A DNA stretch of 64,000 nt from SAR324 cluster bacterium (GCA_029245725.1 JAQWOT010000201.1:3059-67058), one strand, 5' to 3'; counted from the first letter of the stretch, positions 28,484-39,281 are shown. Notes: generated by a model from the sequence alone, not told the origin. Made by a program: numbers and translations.

Positions 28484-30286
28484 ATGTCTAGTCGTCTGTC
28501 TCAGCTACAGAAGTTGATTCAGGAATCTGAATTAGATGGCTATTTAGTGCCAACGACAGATGAGCACCTCAACGAGTACGTGCCTCTACACCACCGTCGT
28601 TTGGAAGCATTGAGTGGATTCAATGGATCTGCTGGTATCGCGATTGTTCAGCGGGAAGAACGATCGCAACTATTTGTGGATTCTCGCTACCATATTCAAG
28701 CAGATGCGCAAAGCGGAGAGCATTTTGAAATCCGAAAGCTAGGGCTCGCCGGAGTTCCAGACGTTGTGGAATGGCTTGCAGAGCAATCGACTGGGTGTCG
28801 TTTCGGAGTAGATCCATTCACAGTTAGCCCACGGAGTTGGAGGCGTTGGTCACAGGCGTTGGTGAGTTGCCAGTCGGAGTTGGTACCAGTGCTTGGTAAC
28901 TTGGTTGATCAGACCGGATCAATTGCGACACCTGAACGGGTAGAGCCTAATTTGTTGCCACTTTCTTGGACGGGTCGTTCCACCTCAGAAAAGTTGACTG
29001 AATTGCGTGACCAATTAGATAAACATCAGGCTACGCATTTATTATTGACCCAGCTAGATGAGATTGCCTGGTTGACTAATTTGCGGGGAAAAGATGTTCC
29101 TTGTAATCCAGTCTTCGAATCCTATGCGCTGATTTCCAAGACAGAAGCAATCTGCTTTTGTCATTTTCCTACTAGCGCAGAACTAAAATCACTAACGGAT
29201 TGGACGTTTCATTCATATGAGGACTACGCTCTCACCTTAAAGCAATTAGCAGAGGATGCTTCTGCATGTGTGTGGTTGGACCCGCAGGGTGTTACAATGG
29301 GCACCTTGCTGTTATTACAAGATCAATCTGCCCAGGTATTGGAAGCAGAAAGTCCAGTTATCATGCCACGTGCTTTGAAGAATGAAGTCGAATTGCAGCG
29401 TATTCGCTACGCTCACCGACAGGCAGCAGTTGGGAAAATTCAGAGTCTTGCTAGATTGAAGCAAGCCCAGCAGAACAGTGAACAGGTAAGCGAACAACAA
29501 TATGCTGGATGGCTACGTAGCTACTATGAGAGACGACCAGATTTTGCAGATTTGAGCTTTGAAACAATTGCTGGAGTTGGTGCCAACGCAGCGATTGTTC
29601 ATTACAGCAATCCGAGTGCAGCAAAAATTCTGACAGATGGTGAATTCCTATTGGTCGACTCTGGTATTCAGTGTGGGGGAGGAACAACCGATGCGACTCG
29701 TACGATGATCTGGGGAGAGCCTGATGCTGAGCAGCAACGATGCTATACGAGGGTGTTGCAAGCACATATTCGACTTGCTCGCCAGGTTTTTCCTGAGGGT
29801 ACGAATGGTGCGGTACTGGATGGTGTGACTCGATCTTTGTTATGGAATGAAGGACTTGATTTCGGACATGGAACGGGTCATGGCGTAGGAGCCTTCCTCG
29901 GGGTACATGAAGGACCACAACGCATATCGGCCTTTGCCGGAGATGTTGGCTTTCGGTCTGGAATGATTATTTCCAATGAGCCTGGATACTATCGCACGGG
30001 TTGGGGAGGAATTCGTTTGGAAAATCTCTACGTCGTGCAGCCAGCTGCCCAGCATCCTAAGCATCCAGATGGCAAAGAGTGGCTTTGCTTTGACACCCTG
30101 ACCCTGATCCCCTTTGAGCGTAAGCTAGTCTGTGAAAAACTTCTTACAGAAGACGAATGGAATTGGTTGCAGCACTATCACAAGCGAGTTTGGGAAGAGA
30201 TTTCACCACTCCTCAATGAAGACGGGGAGAAAGAGTATCTCCAGCAAGCTTGTGACTGGTCGCAGCGGTTACAGGTGGCTGCTTAG
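28484..30286 (+). CDS. pepP: Xaa-Pro aminopeptidase (M24B family)
   Basis: 600 aa, pita-bread fold metal ligands (…HGTGHGVGAFLGVHEGP…, …NEPGYY…). Confidence 0.8.
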   Translation: MSSRLSQLQKLIQESELDGYLVPTTDEHLNEYVPLHHRRLEALSGFNGSAGIAIVQREERSQLFVDSRYHIQADAQSGEHFEIRKLGLAGVPDVVEWLAEQSTGCRFGVDPFTVSPRSWRRWSQALVSCQSELVPVLGNLVDQTGSIATPERVEPNLLPLSWTGRSTSEKLTELRDQLDKHQATHLLLTQLDEIAWLTNLRGKDVPCNPVFESYALISKTEAICFCHFPTSAELKSLTDWTFHSYEDYALTLKQLAEDASACVWLDPQGVTMGTLLLLQDQSAQVLEAESPVIMPRALKNEVELQRIRYAHRQAAVGKIQSLARLKQAQQNSEQVSEQQYAGWLRSYYERRPDFADLSFETIAGVGANAAIVHYSNPSAAKILTDGEFLLVDSGIQCGGGTTDATRTMIWGEPDAEQQRCYTRVLQAHIRLARQVFPEGTNGAVLDGVTRSLLWNEGLDFGHGTGHGVGAFLGVHEGPQRISAFAGDVGFRSGMIISNEPGYYRTGWGGIRLENLYVVQPAAQHPKHPDGKEWLCFDTLTLIPFERKLVCEKLLTEDEWNWLQHYHKRVWEEISPLLNEDGEKEYLQQACDWSQRLQVAA

Positions 30287-31140
30287 GAAGCTTGGTGGAA
30301 AGTCTCCTGCAAGAATTTCTTTAGAAGACCGATTTGTTCGGGAGTGTTCAGATAGGGTGCATGCCCACAGTTAGGGAGGGTAAATAACTTTCCCATTAGT
30401 CCTCTAGTCGTCATTTGGTCTGCAACACTGGGAGTCAGTATATCGGAAAATTCACCTCGAAGAATCATCACTGGACAACAAATCTGCTCATAGATCTCCC
30501 ACAGATCTCCTCCTTGGGACGCTTGGGCAAAGTATTCTGATAAACGTACATCTTAGTGAACAGTCCATCTACCATCATCTTTCCTCCTAGCTGAGGAAAT
30601 TGCCAACTCCTGCCATTCCTGATCACTGAGCCACTCAAAAGGCTGGTAGACCTGCTGAAAATACTGCTTCAGTTCCTGAAAATTGTTAAAAGTTGGGGGC
30701 CTGGAAACGTAGCTGGCAATCCGCTGAATCGCTCCAGTAGGTAACTCCGGACCGATATCGTTGATCACGAATCCCACCAAGTGCTTCTGTAAACTGGTGG
30801 CTCCAAGCAGCATGCCCATGATCCCACCCATCGAAGTTCTGATCCAGCCACAACGCTTGACCTGAAAATGCTCTAATAGGGCAACTGCCTGTTTCATGTA
30901 GAATGGGACGGTATATTCCGTCATTGGATCTTGTGCCCACTGCGAATGACCTCGTCCAAGAGTATCAGGAATTAGCAGGCGATAGTGTGGAGAGAGATGG
31001 GTTGCCAGTGTACGAAAGTCTCTTCCTGTGCGTGTCAATCCGTGCTAGAGGACCAGAGTTTCACTTGCAGCAGGATTCCAAACTTCTACATGGAGTTCTC
31101 GTTCACAGCACAACACATAGTGAGATTCAGGAGTTGTCAT
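30283..31140 (-). pseudogene. Alpha/beta-fold hydrolase interrupted by two in-frame stop codons
   Basis: Three collinear in-frame pieces reconstruct one enzyme: MTTPESHYV…ETLVL[TAG]HGLTRTGRDF… (HG oxyanion motif), …GTSMGG… (GxSxG nucleophile elbow), …RWTVH[TAA]DVRL…ICCPVMILRGEFSDI…CGHAPYL… (catalytic His). Stops at 31045-31047 (TAG) and 30553-30555 (TAA). Confidence 0.6.
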
Positions 31141-31260
31141 ATTTCTGAGTGCAGGGGAATTGATTTGCGAAATACTGGTTAGCCCAGGCAAAATAGAAGT
31201 GTTTCAATAGTTTGCAGTGGGCTTTATTTTGCAGCAAGCGAATTCAAGGAGAAGAGAATA

Positions 31261-31608
31261 ATGGAGTTGTCCCAAAGGCAGTGTGTGCCTTGCTGTGGAG
31301 GTGTTCCACCGCTTAAAGGAGATGTGCTAGAAGTGCTGCTCCAAGAATTGCAGAATGACTGGAAGATGATCAACAAGCACCATCTTCAGAAAGATTATGC
31401 CTTTCCCTCTTACCAAGAAGCTCTTCGTTTCACGAATTTAATTGCGAATCTAGCAGAATCAGAAGGCCATCACCCTGAGTTGATATTATCCTTCCGCAAC
31501 GTACGTGTGAGCTACTGGACGCACAAGATTGATGGCTTGGTGGAGAGTGATTTCATCATGGCTGCCAAGAGTGACCTGATTCACGCAAATGAATTTACTG
31601 CTACCTGA
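31261..31608 (+). CDS. Pterin-4a-carbinolamine dehydratase
   Basis: 115 aa with the …EGHHPEL… signature. RBS AAGGAGAAG upstream. Confidence 0.8.
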   Translation: MELSQRQCVPCCGGVPPLKGDVLEVLLQELQNDWKMINKHHLQKDYAFPSYQEALRFTNLIANLAESEGHHPELILSFRNVRVSYWTHKIDGLVESDFIMAAKSDLIHANEFTAT

Positions 31609-31617
31609 TGTGAGATC

Positions 31618-34600
31618 TTGTCAGTTCCACGATATGTCGCCAAAGCCTGCTTCGGGCTCTTCACGCTGATCAATCTAGTACTGCTGACTGGTACAGCAGT
31701 ACTGGGCTATCTTGTGTTCCTAGCTCCTGCTCCTCATCTTGATCGTAATGCGATCAAGCAGCGTCTGCTTACCGAAACAACCGTCTACTATCGTGATCAA
31801 CGCACGAAATTAGGCGCCTTCTACGATCAAGTTCATCTTCTTTACCTGCAGGCCAACCAGCCAACTCGGATTGATTCTGACCTGGATGCAGTGATTCCAG
31901 AAGCATTCTTTGACGCAATCATTGCTAGTGAAGATCAATCTTTTTACCAGCATATCGGCATCGACCCTATTGGAATCCTCCGAGCGTCTTGGGCCAATTT
32001 GCTTGCAGGGCGTGTTATTCAGGGAGGTAGCACTCTCACCCAGCAGACTTCAGAACTTTTGTTTGAACACCGACCGGAACATGGAGAGGGGCGTTGGGCA
32101 AACAAGGCCCTGGAGACACTGGATGCCCTGCGTTTGGAAGCTCGCTACAGTAAAAGAGATATTCTTGAATTCTATACCAATCTATTCCACGTGCACGGAA
32201 CAGGGCAGGGATTGGCGATAGCGGCCCGTTACTATTTCAACAAAAACGTCTCAGACCTGAATCTTTCTGAGATCGCCTTCATTGCTGGTTCGGTTAAGGG
32301 GCCGGCAAACTACAATCCCTTCCGAACCCAGAATCCAGAGGAAATACAGCGTATTGTCGAGAGAGCAACGGAGCGTCGAGACTATGTCTTACGCAACATG
32401 CTGGAAATGGAACTCATCTCTGAGGAGCGTTTCCTGGAGGCGTCTCAGGATTTGGTAGCTTTTCGACAGGGGTCGTTCCGTTATCAAGATAACCACCAGA
32501 TTGAGGTGGTCCGACAGCAGATGAACGAAGAGCCATTTCACTCTATTTTACAGGACTATGGTGCTGAGGGGGTGGAAAAGGGAGAACTCCGCATTCAGAC
32601 GACACTTGATCCCAATCTCCAATATCTTGCGCAGTTTGAGTTGCGGCGACATCTCTCTCGCTTAGAATTTCAGCGCAATGGCTATGTTGCTCCAGTCACG
32701 AATCCAGAGCCATCCTCATTACAACCTGAATCCGGAAACTTCTACACTGGCCGAATTGAAGAGGTGTTACTGGGAGATAACCCGAGCGTAAAGGTTCAAG
32801 TAGGAACTGATCGGGCAGAAGTTTGGGGCTTGTTATTGGAAGAGTTCGTCCGTCGAATAAATCCACAAGTAACCAACAAACTTCGAAAAAAAGATTTTCA
32901 GCAAGCGCTTGAGAACCTAAAAACAGGTGGTTCAATTCTAGTGGCCTTGCATCAACGTGATAATACAGGGTCTGTTTGGCAGGCGAGCATTGAACAGCAA
33001 CCAACCCTTGACGGGGGCGTGATGGTTCTGCAAGATGGTGAGGTTCGGGCTTTTGCAGGTGGATTTGACCCTCGTGGATTCAACCGAGCCATGCAGGCCT
33101 ATCGTCAACCTGGATCAACCTTTAAGTTGTTACTATACATGGTGGCAATGGAGTTGGGTTGGAATCCGTTGGAGGCCTTGTCCAATGAGTATCGGGTTTA
33201 TCAATGGCAGGGTGAAGTCTACATTCCCAAGCCCGATCATAATCCACCAGATAATCAAAGTTCGATGGTCTGGGCTGGTGCGCTTTCAGAGAATCTAGCC
33301 AGTATCTATTTGCTGGAACACCTGCTCGATTACTTGGACCTAGAGCAGTTCGAACGACTAATGGAATTCGCTCGCTTTGCACGAGAAGAGAACGAAAGTC
33401 GTGCAGATTACGTTGTCCGGTTGCGAGATACTTATGGAATTATTGATACTCAGTATCGAATGCAGCCCTACTTGATGGAAGCAGCTCGGCAGGAACTCTT
33501 ACGCAATACTGCCTTTGAACCACCTGAAGAAGAGCAGGCGCTGCGCAATCTTTATCATGGTCGGAACTGGCGTGCTGAGGTGCGCTCACGCTTGCGTTCG
33601 GGTTCTGCGCGTGTAATCCGCGAAAGAGAGTTATTGGAAAATAACTTTTTGCGCCTTCAGGAGTTGCAAGAACGGTTACGGCAGCAACTTGTACAAACAA
33701 AAGATACCTTCCTCAACGGCAGTTTTAAAACTGATGATCAGGTGGCAGGAGAGTGGATTCAAAATTTTTATGTTCATGAAAGTGCACTGCGGACAGATCC
33801 TTATAACACCCCCATACCTCCACGATTAGCCTACGCAGAGAACCCCCGTGATCTTACAAAAGGCTGGGTTCCCATAACTCCCTATCGCTTCCGCTTGTAC
33901 AATCAGGTCTGGACTTCGAATCAGCGAGAGCGCTTCTTTTCACCAGCTAACATTTGGTTGCACGGACAGATCCGTTCCACGATTTTTCAGGGACTTGAAG
34001 ACTTGATGCAACAACGTCAGCAGGATTTATTGCGCCAGAAGCCCTATTCAACGGCACGTCTTTATTGGAATCATGACTTCAGGATGCTGCTTTCCCTACA
34101 GACAATTGTGGAAGTAGCAACGCTCCTAGGTGTCGAGAGCCCACTTCAGCCGGTGCTTTCGTTTCCGCTTGGTGCGAATGACGTAACGCTACAAGATCTG
34201 GCAATGCTTTATCAGTCACTGGCCACAGGTCAAGTTTTTGGAGATTCCACATCACCCAAAAAACATTGGTCATTGATTCGACGGATTGAGGATACCGGGG
34301 GTAGAACTATTTACGAAGCGAATCATCAATCTCGTACCATTCTTGATCCTGGTGTCAATCGGGCTTTGCAAGAAATTATGCGTTCGGTAGTTGAGTATGG
34401 AACAGGCCGAAGAGCAAAACGCTTTCTACAAACAGAGTATGTGCGTGAAGATGGAAAACAGGTGAAAGTACAAATCCCTGCTCTAGGGAAAACAGGAACT
34501 GCCAACAATTATTCAAATGCGACCTTTGTTGGTCATTTGCCAGTTCCAACACGACAGGGAATGCAAACCCAGGGAGGTTACACAATCGCCGTCTATGTTG

Positions 34601-35046
34601 GCTCAGATCGACCTGGGGAAGCCGAAGCAACTGCAAATCGGTTCCGCCTGACAGGTTCCAGCGGAGCTCTGCCAGTTTGGTCGCGTATCGCCTACTACTT
34701 GATTCAGACTCACGAGTACCAAGAACGCCTACGAATCTATCATCCCAATCTCAAGTCGCTCGAAGGAAAGCTACTTCTAAGTTATGCGACATCTCCTCCG
34801 CTCAATGTAAATGATAAAAATGGCTTGCTGGAGGGAGATGTCACGGAGCGCAACGCAGAAGTCTTCTTACCACTACCCGACTCCAAATTACCCCGGGAGA
34901 TTCCACTGTTTTCTCGCTTGCTGGAAGGGCGATCACATACTTCAGTGGAGGGTGTCTGGAAGGAGGGAAGATGGATTACCGCAATGAAGCAGCCACAGTT
35001 GATGAGCAGCACGAGTGATACCGACGTAGAGCAAGTGCCGAGATAG
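31618..35046 (+). CDS. mrcA: Bifunctional penicillin-binding protein 1A (glycosyltransferase/transpeptidase), unusually long (1142 aa)
   Basis: N-terminal TM anchor, GT51 motif (…IASEDQSFYQHIGIDPIGI…), transpeptidase motifs STFK (…PGSTFKLLLY…) and KTGT (…LGKTGTANN…). Confidence 0.85.
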   Translation: MSVPRYVAKACFGLFTLINLVLLTGTAVLGYLVFLAPAPHLDRNAIKQRLLTETTVYYRDQRTKLGAFYDQVHLLYLQANQPTRIDSDLDAVIPEAFFDAIIASEDQSFYQHIGIDPIGILRASWANLLAGRVIQGGSTLTQQTSELLFEHRPEHGEGRWANKALETLDALRLEARYSKRDILEFYTNLFHVHGTGQGLAIAARYYFNKNVSDLNLSEIAFIAGSVKGPANYNPFRTQNPEEIQRIVERATERRDYVLRNMLEMELISEERFLEASQDLVAFRQGSFRYQDNHQIEVVRQQMNEEPFHSILQDYGAEGVEKGELRIQTTLDPNLQYLAQFELRRHLSRLEFQRNGYVAPVTNPEPSSLQPESGNFYTGRIEEVLLGDNPSVKVQVGTDRAEVWGLLLEEFVRRINPQVTNKLRKKDFQQALENLKTGGSILVALHQRDNTGSVWQASIEQQPTLDGGVMVLQDGEVRAFAGGFDPRGFNRAMQAYRQPGSTFKLLLYMVAMELGWNPLEALSNEYRVYQWQGEVYIPKPDHNPPDNQSSMVWAGALSENLASIYLLEHLLDYLDLEQFERLMEFARFAREENESRADYVVRLRDTYGIIDTQYRMQPYLMEAARQELLRNTAFEPPEEEQALRNLYHGRNWRAEVRSRLRSGSARVIRERELLENNFLRLQELQERLRQQLVQTKDTFLNGSFKTDDQVAGEWIQNFYVHESALRTDPYNTPIPPRLAYAENPRDLTKGWVPITPYRFRLYNQVWTSNQRERFFSPANIWLHGQIRSTIFQGLEDLMQQRQQDLLRQKPYSTARLYWNHDFRMLLSLQTIVEVATLLGVESPLQPVLSFPLGANDVTLQDLAMLYQSLATGQVFGDSTSPKKHWSLIRRIEDTGGRTIYEANHQSRTILDPGVNRALQEIMRSVVEYGTGRRAKRFLQTEYVREDGKQVKVQIPALGKTGTANNYSNATFVGHLPVPTRQGMQTQGGYTIAVYVGSDRPGEAEATANRFRLTGSSGALPVWSRIAYYLIQTHEYQERLRIYHPNLKSLEGKLLLSYATSPPLNVNDKNGLLEGDVTERNAEVFLPLPDSKLPREIPLFSRLLEGRSHTSVEGVWKEGRWITAMKQPQLMSSTSDTDVEQVPR

Positions 35047-37275
35047 ATCATCTGGGCCATAAGTGGAAGCATCTGCATCAACTAAGAGAACATAGTCAAA
35101 TTCAAGTCCCTTGGTTTGTGAAATATCAGTCACTTCAACTCCGGCCCTGAAAGAAAAATCCTGATCAGCAACCAATCGTAATCCTGGTATCTCGGCTCGT
35201 TCTAACTGCTCTGCAATTTTTCTAGCCTCTGGTAGCTCTCGAGTGAGTACGACCACACTCGCAGAAGGCTCTCTCCTCAGTAAACTGCCGAGACTATCCA
35301 CTAGAAACGCAATCAGTACTCCTGGATGCTGAAAGCCAAACCGTTCCACAGGTGCACCATGTCTTGTGGCTTCCCATACTGTATTTACGCTTAGGTGACC
35401 AATGACATGCCTTGCAACCTCCATAATTTCATAGGTAGACCGGTAGCCAATCGTTAGCGGTTCCATTGCAGTAACTTCCACACTCAGGGCCTGTAACATG
35501 GTATCCCAGTCCTGGTAGCAATTTCCTGCCAAAATACGTTGATCCATATCTCCAGCCAACGTTACGCTTCTACGCTCTGGAGGCGTCATGGAGAGTAATA
35601 ACTGAAGCTCTGGAATACTGAAATCCTGGACCTCATCTACTAGTAAATGATGATACTGCAGTAATTTATTCTTCCGACCACGGAGAGGTCCCGTAGTCAG
35701 TTGGTAAAGCAGCAACAGTAGGGTGTCATCTTCTTCATCTAGGGTTGGCAATTCATCGCTGAGACTCTGATTTTCTAGCCAACCTTCCGGTGTTTCTCCA
35801 TCTTCTTCGACTCGTTCTCCGACGATGACCTGACGCCGCTGGTAACAACGTACGTTCCAACTCCAAATTTCTTCGAGTTGACTTTCACTGAACGAACCTG
35901 GAGCAAAATCAGTGATTGCTTCCTGCAAGGTTCTACGTTGAATCAGCGCGTCATTCCAGAGTTGAAGAGCTAATGCTTGAGGATTCTTGAGGACATCAGG
36001 GAACCAATCTTCTACTAGACGGTCTATTCGCTGCTGGATTGAGGAATTGGGTATAGGTGGTAGATGTGTAAAGGTTTCTTGCCCCTGGGTCCATTTCAAC
36101 AGGCGAGATAACCGATCGGTCACTGGAGAGTTAGCAGAGCTGTTCCACACAGTGATTACATCATCCCCTTTGATCAATGAACTAAACAATTCCATCAGGG
36201 TAGCCTGAAACCGTTCCAGCCGATGCTCTAGCTCCTTAGCACACCAAGCTAGAATGACAGGGCTTCGCTTGAACTCGATTACTCTTACGGGAGTATTCTC
36301 AGCATAACGAGAAGGCAGGTCTGGGAAAAAACGTTGACGTAACTGAGCAACCCATTCCTGAAAGACTCTTGCTTCTACACCATCAACTCCAAGTGAAGGT
36401 AGCAGCTTGCTAATGTACTGGGCGAGGGCACGATTGAAAACAATCGGTAGGATGCTATTGCTGTTGAAGTAGTTTGGCTTTTGCATCATCAGGTAGGCGA
36501 GTCGATGTAAAGCTACTGTTGTTTTGCCCGAACCAGCCCCACCCTGAATAAGAATCACCCTAGCTTCTGGCTGACTAATGATTTCAAACTGCCGTTCATC
36601 AATCAGGGCTGTGATTTGCGGTAGGTGCTTATCCAGTCGGTACGGTCCAATTTCATGGACTGGTCGGGTAGCACTGCCACTTCCACCACTCAGCTCAATC
36701 CTCGTCTGTTTCCACTGAAACCACTGACCGTCTTCAAAAAACCACGTTCCTTGTGGACAACTGACACTGCGTAGAACTCCATCTTCGATACGGACTAGTC
36801 TTCTAAGTAAGAGCCGTCCTTCAACTTCACGCCCTCCCAGTTCTTCGATATACTCTTCCTCTTCCTGGTAACGGTAGAAAATTTGACTAACCGGAGCCTT
36901 TTTCCAATCGACTATGGAGCAGGAGAGATGGCCTGAGAAGAAGTTCTGGTTGCCAAGCAGTAAATCTCGAGTCTTTCCCTGCTCCTGTAAGCGCATGTGG
37001 GCAAAATATGGGGAGTGCCAGTGAAAACTTCGATTCCGTGGTGTCCGCTCCTGTTGACGTTGAGCAAGCAGAACCAGTTGTTCAATTTGGGTGGTCAGTG
37101 CAGGTAAATCTTCTGGATGCGCTTCACTTAGAGAATCTCGCAACTCGAGAATGTCATCATAATAATTGGGGTCAGCTTCATCAGCTTGATCACGCAAGGC
37201 TCCTTGTTGAACTTGTTGTAATAAGTCCAACTCTTCACACACTGCGTCCGGGAGAGTAGCAACCGGTGTTCGCAT
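34942..37275 (-). CDS. helD: UvrD-family helicase, HelD (helicase IV)-like
   Basis: 777 aa. HelD-like N-terminal domain followed by Walker A …GGAGSGKTTVALHR… and C-terminal motif VI …YVGITRA…. Confidence 0.7.
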   Translation of the reverse strand: MRTPVATLPDAVCEELDLLQQVQQGALRDQADEADPNYYDDILELRDSLSEAHPEDLPALTTQIEQLVLLAQRQQERTPRNRSFHWHSPYFAHMRLQEQGKTRDLLLGNQNFFSGHLSCSIVDWKKAPVSQIFYRYQEEEEYIEELGGREVEGRLLLRRLVRIEDGVLRSVSCPQGTWFFEDGQWFQWKQTRIELSGGSGSATRPVHEIGPYRLDKHLPQITALIDERQFEIISQPEARVILIQGGAGSGKTTVALHRLAYLMMQKPNYFNSNSILPIVFNRALAQYISKLLPSLGVDGVEARVFQEWVAQLRQRFFPDLPSRYAENTPVRVIEFKRSPVILAWCAKELEHRLERFQATLMELFSSLIKGDDVITVWNSSANSPVTDRLSRLLKWTQGQETFTHLPPIPNSSIQQRIDRLVEDWFPDVLKNPQALALQLWNDALIQRRTLQEAITDFAPGSFSESQLEEIWSWNVRCYQRRQVIVGERVEEDGETPEGWLENQSLSDELPTLDEEDDTLLLLLYQLTTGPLRGRKNKLLQYHHLLVDEVQDFSIPELQLLLSMTPPERRSVTLAGDMDQRILAGNCYQDWDTMLQALSVEVTAMEPLTIGYRSTYEIMEVARHVIGHLSVNTVWEATRHGAPVERFGFQHPGVLIAFLVDSLGSLLRREPSASVVVLTRELPEARKIAEQLERAEIPGLRLVADQDFSFRAGVEVTDISQTKGLEFDYVLLVDADASTYGPDDLSRHLLYVGITRAAHQLWLLHCGNPSSLLPDTLH

Positions 37276-37299
37276 AACAGGTAACGAATAGTAAGAGGT

Positions 37300-38724
37300 C
37301 TAGAGGGACGTGGGTGTGTCTTCAGAATGAGTAGCCTCAGGTGAAGCTTGCTGCAGGAAATATTGCCCGATAAATAGATCCAGCATGGCTATCACCGCTT
37401 CATCAAGATGCTGCATAACCCAGAGTATGATTTGCTCACCTTGTGACGCCAAGGCAACATCAGTGAAGTGAGATACATATTTTTCAAAACGGGTGGAATC
37501 TCGATCTTGTCCGGAAGTAGTAGCTTCATCTACAAACAGATAATCTGCTAAGTCACCAACTCTTTTAGTATGGCCGAAAATGATTTGTCCATAGTGAATA
37601 TTGAGAGTCGGAAACTGTTTAGCCTGTTGGCAAGCGTCTTCCAAGCTGTTTGGTAACCCATCAGAGAGATGAATCACCACTCTATGCCCTTCTGTTTTCC
37701 CAAGCAACTGTTGAGAAAATGAAAAGATGGCATCGTAGGCAGTTGTGCCGCCTGGTGCAATGAAATTCTGAAAATTATTCATTACCCCCTGAGCACCGTC
37801 GCTATAGGGTAAAATACTCAACGTAGAGTCAGGTAAATAGGTTGGCAGAGTTCTCAATAACTCCGCACAAACCAGATTGGAGAGCTTAAAGATTTCTTTC
37901 TCGAAGGTCGAAGCACTCATGTCCAACAGAATCATCACATGGTGCGGTACACTCTGAATCTCGGGAAGTGTGGTTTCCTGAAATAAAGAAGGAAGCTCTC
38001 CCTGATTTTGCATCTCCAGCACTTTCTTGGCAACATCGGACAGGGTTGCTTCCATCACTTGTTGATCATGAGCAAACAGACTTTCCTCCATTGGAATTAG
38101 CGGGGGATCGAGTAAATCAAACTTGGTTGGGACTTTAAACTGGAACATGTTCTCTTCTGCCTGCTGCCGTAGTTCCTTGTTCAGGCTTGAATTCTTATTC
38201 TTGCTTTCAAGGGTTTGTTGGCGTTGCCGATTAATAGTTTCCAAAGCAGAGCGATATTCTTGTAGAAGTTCCAGGCAAATTTTGTGTTTGAGTATGCAGG
38301 CAAATTTTTGTTCCCAGTTTTGCTTAGGAAGTGGCTCTCCCTTAAAAAAAGGAATACGACGACCTTGCTGTAGGTGAATCTCAAAGTCTGGGTCTAGTTT
38401 GCCAAAGCGAAACCCAAGGTTTGATAGACGCAAAATCTCATGAACGCTGAGGAGCACACGTCGTTTAGGAATCACAAAATTGATTCCCATGAGGCTGACT
38501 TCTTGAAGACATTTTTTCAGAAGCTCGATATTTTCTGGTGAGTCACCCGCATACTCAGTGAGTAGAGAATTTTGTAATTCCTGACTGCGACGAATTGCCG
38601 GTGCCAGCTCCACGTTTCGCAGGTGTTCACTGGCCAATTGGCGTGTCTGTGCACGTAGGTCCGCATGAGGTCGGGGATCAAGTTGAGGTGGTGCTGGAGA
38701 AGTGTAAATGGTGCTGTTCTTCAA
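37300..38724 (-). CDS. von Willebrand factor A (VWA) domain protein
   Basis: 474 aa. The C-terminal half has the VWA beta-alpha pattern (…HHVMILLDMSAS… MIDAS-like start; …GGTTAYDAI…). Confidence 0.6.
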   Translation of the reverse strand: MKNSTIYTSPAPPQLDPRPHADLRAQTRQLASEHLRNVELAPAIRRSQELQNSLLTEYAGDSPENIELLKKCLQEVSLMGINFVIPKRRVLLSVHEILRLSNLGFRFGKLDPDFEIHLQQGRRIPFFKGEPLPKQNWEQKFACILKHKICLELLQEYRSALETINRQRQQTLESKNKNSSLNKELRQQAEENMFQFKVPTKFDLLDPPLIPMEESLFAHDQQVMEATLSDVAKKVLEMQNQGELPSLFQETTLPEIQSVPHHVMILLDMSASTFEKEIFKLSNLVCAELLRTLPTYLPDSTLSILPYSDGAQGVMNNFQNFIAPGGTTAYDAIFSFSQQLLGKTEGHRVVIHLSDGLPNSLEDACQQAKQFPTLNIHYGQIIFGHTKRVGDLADYLFVDEATTSGQDRDSTRFEKYVSHFTDVALASQGEQIILWVMQHLDEAVIAMLDLFIGQYFLQQASPEATHSEDTPTSL

Positions 38725-38879
38725 GAGTTGCTTGCGCTATAAAGAGTGTTTGTTGGGTTGTTTTGATGAGAAATATAGACAGGAAGGGTTGGTCTGCTTT
38801 GTGCTTTTGTGGATCTTGTGTGCGTCAATGCCCTAGATGCCCTAGCAATTTTTCTTCCGCATGCCAACGGAGTTTGTTC

Positions 38880-39281
38880 ATGGAGACCATACTACTCGGT
38901 TTTTGTTTGATTTCCCTGATGATCACAGGATTGATCGTTGTGGTGGAAGTCCTCCGAGAGCGCAAAAGATTTTCAAAGCTTTCTGAAGAAGTAGAACTGC
39001 GCCAAGAGTTGCGTTCTCTGTCCAAGGAAAGTTTTCAAGTAGTCGAGGAAGAAAGCCAACCTCAGATTAGTCAACGAGTCTTCGATGTTTTACGACAACA
39101 ACTGAAGATTTTTGGTTATCGATCTGAAGAGCAGCAGATGCTCTTTTTGAACCGTCTGCTAGGCAGCAATCACAAGGTTCTTTCAGACCTGAGTCCACAG
39201 GAACTGCGCCAGGTGTTTGCGGAAATTCACCGCTACAACGCCTCCCCCATGAACTATGACGCTCTTGCGCAAAGCGCCTAG
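38880..39281 (+). CDS. N-terminally anchored (1 TM) coiled-coil protein
   Basis: Start at METILLGFCLISLMITGLIVVVEVL…. The ORF-track version (38595) overlaps the VWA gene on the opposite strand and is probably over-extended. Confidence 0.4.
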   Translation: METILLGFCLISLMITGLIVVVEVLRERKRFSKLSEEVELRQELRSLSKESFQVVEEESQPQISQRVFDVLRQQLKIFGYRSEEQQMLFLNRLLGSNHKVLSDLSPQELRQVFAEIHRYNASPMNYDALAQSA

